Below are positions 1-12,843 of a stretch of 64,000 nucleotides of DNA, one piece after another. The notes beneath the pieces are model-generated. The model saw only the letters and a program-made list of their open reading frames with translations. It was not told the origin of the DNA and ran no database searches. Origin of the DNA: Botryllus schlosseri. Lineage: Eukaryota. Position numbers and translations under genes: made by a program. The stretch's first letter is position 1. The number at the start of each line of letters is the position of its first letter. The DNA lies in NCBI GenBank assembly GCA_051294905.1, contig CM119379.1:18786001-18850000 (forward strand), given 5' to 3'.

Positions 1-379
1 AGTAAAACACAAGGAGAATATAATTCATATATACTTGATCGCACTGCTGTTTACCTCACTCTGACCCAAAAAGCCCCAGCCCCTACCTCCAGAGAAACTC
101 GATTGGTGAGTCGGTGATATAAAAAATAATTAAAATTTAAAATAAGGGTCCGAGCATAAAAATATTCCAACTTGTATGGTCGTCGGACCAATGTTTTAGT
201 GATATATAACATTATTCAATCGGCTTATCGTCGTATGTGTGCCAATTCCATCGTTCGCGAATAACGGTGTTGCTCGAACAAAGTCAACTTTATCCGTGAT
301 ATAATGTATAGTGCTATTTTGCATGGCGTTGATGGCATTCCTGTGAAAAGCATAGGTATAGAATTGAACGCAATTTGTA

Positions 380-457
380 ATGATTAACTGATCCGGTCCG
401 CGAACGATCAAAACTTTTGAATCCGGCCCGCGACCCAAGTTGAGTTTAACACCCCTG
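380..457. repeat. Isolated hAT/Charlie-type terminal fragment
   Basis: Ends ...gagtttaacacccctg (reverse CAGGGGTGTTAAACTC); no partner end found. Confidence 0.45.
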
Positions 458-744
458 CACTAGACCCTTGCCTTTAGTACCCATCCCGAAAAATTACATT
501 GCAAAAATACGTATAATTCACAGAAATGAGTGTAACTGTATTCTCAATAATGAGACGGATTTTGGTACCAGCCATCTCAGAGCCTTGGAAATATTTTCGT
601 TCGTCGCGTGGCTACAACATGAATGCACAATGATTTTTCATGACATAGATGTCAGCAATGTTGGTGCGTGTAGTAAGACAAATCTTGTGTTCATCGTTAC
701 CTAATCCGGCTCGCTCATATAGGACTATTAAAAAAGGCCACCAA

Positions 745-816
745 CACTCAAGTGGCCCACGCAATGTTTCGAAAAACCGCATGTGGCCCTTTGGCCAAAA
801 AGGTTGGCCACACCTG
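745..816. repeat. Terminal fragment of the hAT MITE family found at 62389-63094
   Basis: Reverse complement CAGGTGTGGCCAACCTTTTTGGCCAAAGGGCCACAT matches the left end of 62389 (CAGGGCTGGCCAACCTTTTCGGCCAAAGGGCCACAT). Confidence 0.65.
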
Positions 817-2339
817 CTCTATGTGGGTGTCTGGTCGAAAGTCTACTTCTAGCCGTATTGACTCCTTCCTATGCTTTCGTCTTATCGCAATTATGCGGTG
901 TTTTGAAATGATGAAGTTATTAATAAACTGAACGGAACTGAGTGCGTATTGCGGAATATCACTTCTTATTCGTTCCTGTGGTATCTCGCGGAACAGTGAG
1001 TCTCGAGCTTGACAGTATCTTGCGGTCGGCCTCTGAAATGTATGCGAAAGTTACGCGCTGGGCATATTTTTTGGTATTGAATGTATTTTATCACGAATAA
1101 ATTTACGTTTGATTACCAACGCTCTTTAGAAGCGTGAAGCTGACTTACGCAATTCGAAGTGACATAGAATAATAAACTAAGCCCGTGGCGTGTGCGGTTT
1201 TACGTGAATATCTCACCTTACGGAGTGGATAAAGTTGAATCTGTGCGGACGAATATTTTAGATTTTGCCCGATCAGGATCATATGGGTGTGCCCAAGACG
1301 TCAGAACACCGAAAATCGTCCGAATGCAACGGTTTTAGAACGGAGACAGACAGACTTTATATATTTTATCTCACCGGCAAACGACATGATATAGTGATAC
1401 ATCCAAAATAGGGGGTTAGTTTTAGGGATCATGTTAGCTTGTAATAGGGTTACCTTGTGCTAATTTGAATGACTCGCTGTTATGACAACCGCTATTTTCA
1501 ATGCCTGGTTATTACGATACGGAGCTGTTTCGTAATGACCAGGCGGTGCCGTCTCTCCTACTCCATTCGTGATAGCAAGCTCATGTTATCCATTTTATCC
1601 GCATCACGGACCAGTTTCGGGCTTACCCCCTATTACGTGATCGTGAACAATGGGAAACACATTTCTGAGGACTCAGGGCATATGCTATCGGCCGCGGGTA
1701 CCCGCTAGGAGGCGCTCCCCAAAACAGCAGTTTTCTCTATGAGATGACTTTAAAACGTGATTTGGGCCGATGCATTCCGCGCAATCATTTATGGACTGCA
1801 TCTGGCAACCCTTTTAGACTTGGAGATTGTGACGTTACATCATTGTAATCTTATTTCCCCGTCGATTGGAATTCTCCCCTCCCAAGTCTCACGCCTAGCT
1901 ACAAGCAAAGAATTAATTTGGCTTTAAAAAAGAAGCAAAATAATCAACATCGATGAACCGTAGCTGCTGATGCGGAAACAATGTGACTCAGCTATGGCTG
2001 CGTTAAATCGAGTACCTGAGTATGTCGATTCTAATTGTGACGTCTCAACAGAATGAATGTCGTGGAAAGTTTAACTATATGTGCCGTTTATGTGAGCACA
2101 GAAAATGTAATGACTGCGACAGCATAGGTGCACACTGCACAGGTATGTCATTTATACAACGTGCGTAGCTTTATGCTACATATTTCCTATGCTGTGATAC
2201 GACCAATCGATGTTTACAGCCTAACACAGTTAAAAATAGCATACAGAACCTATAACTCTCGTTGATTGTGGTATTCATGATGTTTGTCGACTATACTATG
2301 ATGATTTACACCAGGCCAATTCCCTTCGATTTTATTCCG

Positions 2340-2521
2340 TAGCTGTCGACCTGTAGCACGGCCCACTTCGAGGCGGCTTTTATAAGACACCGCTTGTACA
2401 GATGAGATGGCGAGGAGGAGCCTAGATAAAACTCGAACACTTAGGTAGGAATTCCGGTCGAACTCGAACCCACATACCATTGCTCTTGCAGCTGTGGATT
2501 ATACTACTACGCTATCACGCC
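2340..2521 (-). mobile_element. tRNA-derived SINE, copy 1
   Basis: 5' head with A-box (TAGCGTAGTAG) and B-box-like (GGTTCGAGTTC) motifs; body aligns with copies at 20.2-20.4 kb and 31.3-31.5 kb. The 3' limit is approximate. Confidence 0.75.
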
Positions 2522-3509
2522 ACCCTCGTTAGTGAATTATCTCTTGGTGGCACTGGCAAGGAACGTATAATTTCAGTACCGGAAAACACACCTTTCACTA
2601 TACTCGACGTGAATCATCAAAATTAATTATTAATTCAGATTCTAGTATCAGATTCCTTGTGTCCAACCCTAGCCAGAGCAAGCAAATCCAAAATCTGGAA
2701 GCGGCGCGAATTTGCACCTCTTCGATAAACCAGTGGTCAAGATCTATAAACAATAAACATAGTCAGACAGCCGTATGTATAGGTATCTCATGGATAAGTG
2801 CTAAATGCGTACTGTATAACTTCACAGACAATTCCGCACAGCATAACTCACTATATTCACCCATGGCCTACTAGACCATGATTCACCGGACAATATCACG
2901 GCCGATCTTAACGAAAACCAACAACCCAGTACCCCTTTAAATTCGCTCGACAATTCTTTAAAGTATCGAAAATATATTATGAACGTAATTTTCAAGTGAA
3001 TGTAAGACGACGTTAACAGTAATGATATGAGAGCAATCTCTAATAAAAAATAAATAAATATAAAAGCAAGCGGAATATTGGCACAAATTGATCCACATCT
3101 TGTCACAGAATCGGAATGTCGCAGCGTGTCGGTGTAAGGCCTCGTGAACCGCCTCGATAAAATAGGTCCGAACGCATCGATTTTGAATCGATTGCTTTTC
3201 AAAACGTCCAGATCTGAAAAAGTGATTAAACAAATTTTGAATCACGTTTACTGAATGAGAAACTATGATAGGAGCAAGAACAACTGAACAAGAATAGTAA
3301 TTCAAGGTAACGACAGTTGATGTTTTATCCATGCAAAATGCATTTATAAACCTATTTTTATCGGAACTAATTTTGGAACTTCCTAACCGAATTCGAAAGA
3401 AGTAGCTTAAATCTTGTGGCATTACTAAAATAGCGCAAAAAACGACTCACCTCATCTAACATTGAGAATGGCTGTATTGCACTCGTTAGTTCAGGGTAGA
3501 CGCGCCCGG

Positions 3510-3953
3510 TCAGCAGACCTGCGCCGACATTGGACGACACGATGCCGATGGCACTTTAGCAGTGCTGTTCACGGCAGGCGCAGGCACAACGTTGCTCTGA
3601 ATCACCACGTTAGGACGGCTGTCAATCATCGGCGTTTTATCCACAAGTTCCGTCACGTCGCTCGGTTTATTTTGCGACGCGCCCGGTCTCGACAGCGCGT
3701 TACTCAAATCGTAGATATAGTTTATGGCGTGTTGCATTATCTCCAGTTCCGACACTTTCTCTTTCTGAACGTGCGATATCGTGGGCACCACCGTTCGCAA
3801 ATTTTCGATCAATTGGCTGACTACGGTTGATTCGTCTTCTTGTCGCCTGGTAATGGCGATGGACTTTCGGTAAATAGTGTGGAGCACTTCTGAACTTTCC
3901 TTGGGCCTGCAGGACACTGCGGTGCAAGGTTTGGGAGACTGAGCCTTCACCAT
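3510..3953 (-). CDS. Id: Id/Emc-type HLH protein lacking a basic domain (HLH gene 1, 147 aa)
   Basis: HLH core LIENLRTVVPTISHVQKEKVSELEIMQHAINYIYDL aligns with the Id/Emc HLH (e.g. YSKLKELVP..KVSKMEILQHVIDYILDL); acidic QEDE precedes helix 1. The true ATG is at 3953 (gaaaATGG); the track start at 3962 is a TTG. Symbol is family-level only, and the gene could instead be a tunicate-specific orphan bHLH. Confidence 0.92.
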   Translation of the reverse strand: MVKAQSPKPCTAVSCRPKESSEVLHTIYRKSIAITRRQEDESTVVSQLIENLRTVVPTISHVQKEKVSELEIMQHAINYIYDLSNALSRPGASQNKPSDVTELVDKTPMIDSRPNVVIQSNVVPAPAVNSTAKVPSASCRPMSAQVC

Positions 3954-4055
3954 TTTCAACAAACGCTGTTCTTCGGTTGGAAATCGCAGACCCGTTTAGT
4001 TGTCCTCAGCTCTACGGCAACATATGAATAATCAGTCTTGGTTCGATTCGAGAAC

Positions 4056-4065
4056 TATATAAATA
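4056..4065 (-). promoter_or_regulatory. TATA-like box of HLH gene 1
   Basis: Minus strand reads TATTTATATA about 105 nt upstream of the ATG; plus strand reads TATATAAATA. Confidence 0.55.
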
Positions 4066-6249
4066 GGCGAAATATTTACGGGGTGAAACTTTTTCTACAA
4101 CCTTACCCGACTGATCATCGCTAAGATTCCTTTCTCGTTCGACCGCGCCTGTGTCGAAATCTCTCGAAAGTAACCAATTACAACGCAGCAGGTATTGTTA
4201 AAGCGGGCGACAGACAGGCGCCTCGGTACAGCTGAGGTAACAATAGAGATATAAACAAGATAAATAGTGATTGGTGTGAGAAAGTGTGTGTTTGGTGTGA
4301 TGCGGGCTGCGATTTTGTGTGCGCTGAAATCGTTACGCAGGTAGGTATCATATCTGAAGATTCAATCCGACAAAAGACGGCATATCTTCATGCATAATAT
4401 ATTTTATTCTGTAGCCTTACAGCCGGGAGTGCTACCGGTAAACGCAAGGTGGCTTTGCCGGCAACTATTTGCACACCTGATTTTTCGCCGCGCATCGCTT
4501 ACAATTAACACCGGTTATTTGCGATCACAATACATGGTTATTACAAAGGTCATCAGGACAGGTATGACCGTCTTGGGCCTGCGTAAAAACCCTATAAAGC
4601 GGTTTCGCTTTATTCAGGTCTTACCGCTGTTTGCGCAGCTCTGGTTATCGTGAGGTATCCTAGCGTGTAATCGCTAATTTGTTTTTCAGCGGCTGTGCGG
4701 ACTTCAAGTTTAATCGATCATGGAAATTGTGGCGATAACAATATACTCGGTTGTTGAATGCGTTTCTGCACGAAATTGTATATGAATGAATATACGAATA
4801 TTGTGACCGCACAGATGTCATCAAATGTCACCATCAGCCGCGTCGCCGTGAGCGCTGATTGAGCTTATGTACAATATAAATATCAACATTCAAAGCTGCT
4901 TTTCGTAGTGAATTAAACCTGCGAGTTTCATGAATTCGTATGCTTGAGTCTCTGCTACTAAGGTACAGAATGACGCCTTGAACACGACACTGAATAGTCC
5001 GCGAAGGCGCATGATCATCGAATACTGATAAGAACTAGGTTCAATCTAGCTCCCCAGAGATACCACGGTGAGTGCGGCGGAGTAGATTTGTTCGATTGCA
5101 CTCATTAGATGTATTTAAACTGATAAAATTGTTATAGAGATGGTATCGCGACTTGCGGGTCACAAGGGATATAGATTACGACGGGGCCAGGTGCGGGAAT
5201 GATGGAGTGTTTGGGGTAAATGTCGGCGATCGCGGGAGTTACTTTCACATAATTTATACAGGATTGCCAAGCCGTAACAAAAAAGGAACTTCGACTAGGC
5301 TGTCTTGGTCTGACGGCGTCTGGTGCAAGCCTACCGCGTGATTCAAGCTGGCGGAATCTGATACATACCCTGTCGCCAGATCATTACCGGGTTTGATATA
5401 GCACAAATACAGACACCCGCTGAAGGATTTACGCATCGTACAGTAACTCCTCGTGGAAAACAACACCACAGGAACTCCCAAACCTACGTCACAAATCGTT
5501 TTTTCGTCACGCGAGAAATACTCATTCACGTCACATTTCTTTTATCGTCGTTTCAGATTTATAATGACCGTAAACAACCCTATAGCCGGGCACCGCATGC
5601 TTCGGGTGTATTTCCGCTCGTTCCCGATACCGCCTATGTATTTTCGTAAGATAACCATGCGGCCGCAGGTGCGTGGGCAGATTAAACGATCAGAATATTG
5701 AATGACTACCAAAATGAAACACACACCGCGCATAGCTTGTACAGATATACACCACTTTCTACATGTGTTATCGGAGGAGTACATCGGCGCGCGGGTCCAG
5801 AGGAAACGCCTTACCGCAAAGTACACACATTTGCGGGACATTATCGATACTAAAACCTGAAACTGCGGTGTTGACCTTAACGCGTCAGCGATTGTAGCGC
5901 TCAAAGTCTGAATGATTGCTGGATCCAATCAAAGCCCTTTTCTGGGGATTTGCAATAATTAGTTGGTAATGATTGAAATCGTTACATCACTAGTATCGGT
6001 GACTTTTACAATGTTCTTTCATTCGGCTGTGGCATTGTTTCTTGCAGACGGCCTGGCGGCTGGTAGATTTATATTACCGTTAAATGGAGGTTGCCGTCCC
6101 GGTTAGACCTAGTATTCATGTCGATAATCCGTACCTTTCAACAATAACTCTGAAATCTTCTCAATGTTTTGGTACCGTAGTTTATCACTAAAGCGGTAAT
6201 ACGGTAATTAGACCCCTTCCTTTGTGCGGCGCGGGCCCGCGACAGGTTC

Positions 6250-6265
6250 CAGACGAGTCGGCGCC
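6250..6265 (-). promoter_or_regulatory. BMP-responsive Smad1/5-Smad4 composite element (GGCGCC-N5-GTCTG)
   Basis: Plus strand CAGAC gagtc GGCGCC equals minus strand GGCGCC gactc GTCTG, an exact match to GRCGNC-N5-GTCTG, 2.3 kb upstream of an Id-like gene. Confidence 0.65.
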
Positions 6266-6524
6266 CTCACGGTAAACTTTGTGCGGCGCCAGCGCACCTG
6301 AGAACGGGACAATTCATTGTTGTATCAAACATTCGCGCAAAAGAAGTTATTGTACCGAGAGAAAATAAAGGTACTAAAACTATGTGTATATCCCGCGATC
6401 GGTGACAGGTAAGTTCAGCGACGAATCGACATTCGTCAGAAGGTCAAATATTGCCCGTGATTTGAGCAATTTATGATCATAACATTGAGACATAGATAAA
6501 CCAACCTTGTGGGTAAAACCTCAA

Positions 6525-6570
6525 TGCCCACTTCTAGGCTTTTTATAAGACACCGCTTACGCGGGTGACA
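6525..6570 (-). repeat. Fragment of the same SINE family
   Basis: gcccacttctaggctttttataagacaccgctt matches the 3' parts of copies 1 and 2. Confidence 0.55.
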
Positions 6571-9500
6571 CTATAGTGTGGTATGTGCTGGATTCGTGTG
6601 TCCACTAGCCATATGGTAACCATGCCTTCAATCACAAGGTTCTTTTCACTCACGTGAATGTGCGGTTACTTCTCATCCAAGGTTATCACTAATTAAAATC
6701 GTTGCTGACCGGGATAATCGCGAGTATCTGCGATGTTCGCGTACAAATATTAGTTAGGTCATTCGCGCACCGCTCAGTGGTATACCGACGCTTATCTGGC
6801 CGCGCGATTGCAAATTAGCAAAAATATTCGGTTGATCGGCGTGGGAATGAAGCTGCCAGGGCCATAGTGACGCTGCGCATGCGTTGTGCGTCTGGATGAT
6901 GCTAGGAATGTCAAGTAAGGATAAGGTCACCCGACGACTAATGACATCTTTGTTGTTATATCCTACACCCTCGCTACGGGGTTGCATGGGAACGAAATTA
7001 TGACATGAATTTGTGGCGCTATCGCGAATAAGGTATGCTAATTAGCGGCGGCAGTAAATTATGTCTGAGGACACCGAGCGTGCTGCGGTCAGTAAGTACT
7101 TATTTTTACTTCGAGTATACTCGAAGACGGCCTCTACTTGTGTATCCGCACCGGGGTTTTGGTGTACGGTACACCACCTTCGCCGCTATATCAAAATACT
7201 ACAAGGCTACAGCACATCCTTTATAAATGCAATAGTTGTCAATCGTGAAAATTACATTTAGGAGCGGATTTTGGTCACTCTGGTGAGTGACATTTTCATA
7301 ACCACAAAAATGAGGCTCTATGGTCGCTCTTTGCAATACCCGGAGCGAAGCTGTTCTATATTCGTGAAGATTGGTAATTCTGGCACTCGTCACCAACTAT
7401 TGAACATAATGCCGGCCCATTCCTATTCCTACACTGGCAGAATCTTTCAGCTCCACTTCTAATCCATCTGGAATAACATAGGTGATCATCCTGCCCACAT
7501 CTCTACTCGCACTGAATTGTAAACATACATGCATATTGTACGTATCGCAGCGTAATCATCAAGTAGAAGTGACGCGTGAGTACGTAACGAACTGCACCAC
7601 AAAGTTACCATTGAAATGTGGGGGTATGACGTATTATACATAAGGAATAACACACGATAAACATACCTATGCTCAAGTAATATGTCAGTACCATTGCCTG
7701 TCTTAAGACTTCGCGTCGTGAGCGTATATACAATTCTGTGGCAAAATATCTCGCAACGTAAACGAAAGGAGTTGATTGAAATCTTTAGTTTAGTAAGGAG
7801 GAATCGATGTATTCAATTATTCATATATATTGATGTACTGGTGGAATAGGATTTGCGTCATTTAAATATGCAATTCCAGGATTGCCGGGCGATATTCCAC
7901 ACGATTTACAGTTCCGAAAACTCGTTTTCCAGAACTACTCCCAACTTACGAGCATGCATGCATGTACAGGACATAAGGAATTTTAGCGACGTGTTTCCGT
8001 GATGTAGGCAAATATTTGATCACGTGCGCGAATCGTTGTGCACCTTGTTTCCCGTAACGTAACATTGCGTATTAAATCGACTGGTAGCGGGCAATCACCG
8101 GTGAAGTGTGTTTCAACTTTTAAATCACGGTGACGTAGACGGCCGCGGATTTACGCTGGACATAAACATACACCGACGATGCAATTTAGTTTACTGCAGC
8201 GTTTTGAACATATAACCACAGCAGCGCGTAACGGCATTGTAAATTACCATAAGCACTAAGTTCGTGATGAAACATCTTTAAATCGAATCAATATTTCCCG
8301 TCTTTACATCATTTCTTGGTCTGTAGTGGGTTTACCATCTCGCCATACTGGTGAATATAAAATGAACCTTACTCCCAATAATAAATTCCAATAAGATATC
8401 ACGTTTTGTTCCGAGCATTCTAATATCAAACGGGGATGATCCACAAAAATTTTTGATAAATCAAATCGTTGGTATTTCTGGATTACGGTTATTCTTTTTT
8501 GGTTATGATATTGAAGACCGACACGTAGCTAATCGACGGCCTCGCGGATGTCCTGAACTTATCGCGCGACGCATCGAAACAAATATCAACTTTCGCCCGC
8601 CAGGCCGGCGCCGGAACACCTGTGCGAAGTCGGGCTGTAATATGCCCATATCGCAAGCTAGCACTTACTCAAATTTGTGCGGTAAAGCTCATCAATTTAG
8701 ATATTTCTTCCTGAGATGTCTGTCTTCTTAAATCTGAATGCGGTGTGGTATATCATGCTTTTCCACGCGGATGAAAGTGGGCTTACGGTGAATAGCACCG
8801 CCAACAAGCAAAGATATTTATGTTGAGGTCATATTTTTCAACAATGCCGCTGCGCCACTAATATCCATCTGAGGTAGTGGAAACAAATGATGTCAAAAGG
8901 CACAAGTATATAGATGTATGCGTGTAGATGTAATCATATTTAGCGAAGATATGTCGGGAGTATATTACTACACTCTAAAACGCAATTTTGTCAAGTCTTT
9001 TGTTTGGCGTGACGCGATGAGAACGTAAGTATTCATTTGTACTAGCTTTTATGCCGCCCTGCTACCGCACCATGTCCAATGCGCTCGGTCATCCTAAATA
9101 CGATGGTACGATAAAGGTACGAATTACGATAAATCTTATTGCACCATGCCAATTACATAGATCAACAAGTCCATCTATCAGGGCCCGTGAAGCATCTCGA
9201 CCTGGACGCTTGGGGAAGCAATGCGCATTTGATGCCTCGCGCAATATTGATGCGCTACTTCCGCGTGTATTTGCCCGAGAATAACAGGCTGTGGCATTGA
9301 TGAAATTGCGAAAGAGTCAAAGAGTCATTCTATCAATGCGGCCAAAGACAGCACACACGCGAATGATTCTGGATTTCTATATTATAACATAGGTTGCCGT
9401 ATGTTAGACAATTGTGTGTTTAAAAAAAATTCTCCGTATACTTTCCAAGTATTTGGTCAGCAATATAGGAGTACTACATCCTAAAATATGCGCTTCAAGT

Positions 9501-11627
9501 TTTTTGACCAATTGCTGTTGAAATTCGAACATTGACCCCCGCAAATCTTTTTGCCAACCTAAGCATGCCCATTGCCCAGTACCTATCTTTCGACTGCGTG
9601 TAATAGATATTATATCTGGCTAAGGATGTAATGTAGATTATATTGTTGTACTATACATTATGCTACGTAAGAAAGATTTTCAGACAGTGTCCTGTCCATG
9701 AAAGAACACGGCAGTGTGCAATGTGTGTGAAACATGTGTCACAGACAAGTCGCCAAAAGCAAATGGGACTGTTACGCATTGCGTGAATAATTCCGGAATG
9801 CGTAACACATAAAAGTATTTCGGGCATTTGATTTAAAATATCATGAACTGCGCCCTTCGCCGCAAATAATAAAGGCACTTACGATTCAAGTTTCTTGCGA
9901 GCTATAAGGCCACAGTGTATGTGGGCCATCCAGATTTCGGCTGCAACACGTGAGATCTCGCCTATACGTCTCGATATCTTCCATGTAATCGAGCACCACC
10001 GTGACCAATTCGTCGGATGCATGATGCGATTAATATCGTAACGCAGAGGATATCAGGCTTTCGCGATATTAGACTTCCAAATAACTAATGGTAATAATGC
10101 CTATCCAATAAGGCAAAGCTTACTAAGAGCATTTGGATTTATGACGCAATGGGAACTGCTTACTGCTGCTAACATGATGTCCATTACTTGAAGTATATCA
10201 GTTAATGGTGTATATTGAAATAAGACCGACAGTGATTAATTCGTGTGCAGTGCACCCAAACTATAACGACACTGCATGTGATGGGAAGTACGGTGAAATT
10301 GTCATGGATACGCAACCCTGGAAAAATGAACATTGCGGATTAGATGTGGGGACTATATAAAATCACGACAGTGCCGAGCGCATTACACATTACAATGTAT
10401 AACTATAAAGCGGCTACTATAGACTCTTTCCATGAATTGCAGTATCCAAAGTTCCGAAACAGATTCACGGCCTTCTCAGATCGCCCAAATTGGTTTTTCT
10501 CCTGTCATAACTGATATAGATACTGCGAATTGTCATCGGTAAACAGTAAACACACTTTGGTCCGTAGTTTCGTGTACGTGGTCTTTGCGTTTGAAAAGAC
10601 CTTGTTTGTCGCACCTGTTCCCGGGAGGAGAGGTTAGGACTAGCCCGAAAAACAACCACCATAAAAGTCACAGGAAACTCGTAAAACGCTTCGTGATGAC
10701 GAGGATTACTGGAAGTTGAGTTGTTCGAAATTCAATGGTAAACTGCAAACTTTATTGTAATCTGACAGACTGAAAAAAGATCAACAATCATATACGGTAC
10801 ACCTAATCTGTGGTAGAATTCCTGGAGTATATGCACCTCGGTCGTGTCAAAAGAATGTTCATTTGTTCAATTGCCAACCTACATCACCTTGTAAGGGCTG
10901 TGAGAAAGGGACCTTTACACGATGGCCAGATGTCTAAATTAACTTCAACTGATTTTATATCAGCTTTTATGATCGCGATTACCATCGGTATCAAGTATAC
11001 TTTTATCATTCCGTAAATATAGTTGACTAGAATTTACCGCGAATTGGTTTGATGAATTGCTTGAATTTGATGAAAATACCCTAACCGCATCCCTAATAAT
11101 AACATGATCAATCAGTCTGTGGTCATAATCAGACCGTACGGCATGATAATTGTCATAGCAATACGTTATGATAGTAACTAACTGCCGTTACTAATGACTG
11201 ATATATGCTTCTTGGTAAGCAGGTGCAGACAAATAGCAATCTAAATTTCGAAACATCTCTACTAAGAAAACAGGACCTCGGTAATTTGTGTTGCTAGAGC
11301 GACCTGTCGATATAATATTATGAGTGATCAAAACGCAGTCTTTGCGATGACTTGTTCTACTCCATGTGTGATACCATTTCTGGATAGGTGTATATGGGGC
11401 GGGCAGATGTTTTTGAGGCCTCCTAAAGAAAAGGATTGACAAATTTTACGAAAAGCCGAACCAATCTGTTGCTGCAGTAACTATCTCAAATTCTGTTCAA
11501 TGTCCATTAGTTCTCATTATGAGCACTCACGCACTCCGCATATCTCAAAAACTAAAATTGTGTGATACGAAAGATACAAGACATCCAGTACAATATTATT
11601 CGAAGCAGCCCAAAAATTTGGAAATAG

Positions 11628-11632
11628 AAAAA
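11628..11632 (-). terminator. RNA polymerase III terminator (T5) after tRNA-Ala
   Basis: Minus strand reads ...GTCTCCA AA TTTTT C, 2 nt after the discriminator base. Confidence 0.8.
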
Positions 11633-11634
11633 TT

Positions 11635-11706
11635 TGGAGACGCCGGGGATTGAACCCGGGACCTCACACATGCGAAGCGTGCGCTCTACCACTGAGCTAC
11701 GTCCCC
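11635..11706 (-). tRNA. tRNA-Ala (anticodon CGC)
   Basis: GGGGACGTAGCTCAGTGGTAGAGCGCACGCTTCGCATGTGTGAGGTCCCGGGTTCAATCCCCGGCGTCTCCA: 72 nt cloverleaf, G3:U70 Ala identity pair, anticodon loop TTCGCAT, intact A and B boxes. Confidence 0.97.
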
Positions 11707-11708
11707 CG

Positions 11709-11790
11709 CGACGAGGATGGGATTCGAACCCACGCGTGCAGAGCACAATGGATTAGCAGTCCATCGCCTTAACCACTCGGCCACCTCGTC
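11709..11790 (-). tRNA. tRNA-Ser (anticodon GCT)
   Basis: GACGAGGTGGCCGAGTGGTTAAGGCGATGGACTGCTAATCCATTGTGCTCTGCACGCGTGGGTTCGAATCCCATCCTCGTCG: 82 nt, long variable arm, anticodon loop CTGCTAA, typical metazoan Ser-GCT sequence. Confidence 0.97.
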
Positions 11791-12843
11791 GACGGAGACG
11801 GGAAGCAATTTGTCACAATAAATTTCCATCATCAGAGTACTTCTTTCGGTCACGCCCGTTGTTCTCTCGTTTTGGTGTCGTATCTCTACTTGGCGTATTA
11901 CAACGCTTCACACCACACACCAAGTATGTGACTATATTGGCTTGCGGGATGTACAGCATATTTATATCTTGTTCACAGCGAATATCTTTAGTAACATGCT
12001 TTCTTGCATATTCAAAGAGCGGCTGGAATTCGGTTGACAATCATGAATGCGATCGCAGACCGTTGACATCTTATTCATCGAAATTTTCTCTCGAATCCAG
12101 GTGTGCCAAAAGATACAACAGACATTCTGGCGTCATCATATCACCTGTGTTATCAAACTGTCGACGCTTCAGGTGTTCGATGGCATTCCGTTATTGCTTC
12201 GCGACCCTAAGCCAACCCTTTGTTTGTGCTAAAGACATTTCTGCAAGGCTGATTACCCGAACAGCTGAGACTGCCCGTCATACGACACTGTGCTTCCAAG
12301 TTTTATACATGGAATGGGCAATGATATCTTGACGCTAAATTCTAGACTATATTCAATTACCGGATATGCTGTTCCTACAATGCGACGTGCAAGTAATCGA
12401 TCTTAGGTACACGAATTAAAAAAGCCAGGTATAATTTTGCCTAATCCACGCGTCATCGCTATACTTATTGAAAGCTGAATAATCCTGTCTTTACCGAGCC
12501 TCCTTTTATAACCTTGGTAACGTACATCTGGCAACAAACTTTTAATTGATACGACATTTTATTGTGAACATTCAACGTCATTCGAAGTGTTGGTGAATAT
12601 TTTTCGTCAGAAGTAAAGAACAATCGAATAGCATGTGAAATCATATAATATATACATGAACTTGGCGTAGTTATAAACCAAAACACTACGCAGTCGGTCT
12701 CCGTCTCTGCTTCCTTCGCAGCCCCCTCGAATCGATGTCACAGGCGTTCGGAGATTTTCAGAACTTCTCCACACGAGATTATCGTAGTGTTATCCAGTCC
12801 TGAGACAGGATCTCACATCATTCAAACGCCTCTTCAGTCTAAT

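Noticed and set aside
3462-3927. ORFs 3462-3830 (+) and 3700-3927 (-)
   Set aside because: Antisense or alternate-frame shadows of HLH gene 1 with no recognisable domain.
4207-4222. CAGAC next to GGCGCC upstream of gene 1 as a second BMP composite element
   Set aside because: Spacing is 1 nt rather than the 5 nt required for the composite site.
5160-5930. GC-richer stretch with 128-aa and 91-aa ORFs and a CVLCGKAF word in another frame (gag or zinc-finger relic?)
   Set aside because: Cys/His spacing fits neither C2H2 nor CCHC and no continuous homology was seen; needs tBLASTx.
7200-7500. Possible LINE endonuclease relic (QLVTSARITN, KSDH words)
   Set aside because: Motif-like words fall in different frames and orders, so chance cannot be excluded.
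9660-10140. ELVTVVLDYMEDI (helix-2-like) and PDILCVT (endonuclease-like) words
   Set aside because: Isolated short matches bounded by stops, with no helix 1 or promoter.
11813-12332. Long minus-strand frame with few stops
   Set aside because: About 4 stops in about 170 codons is not far from chance and no family was recognised.
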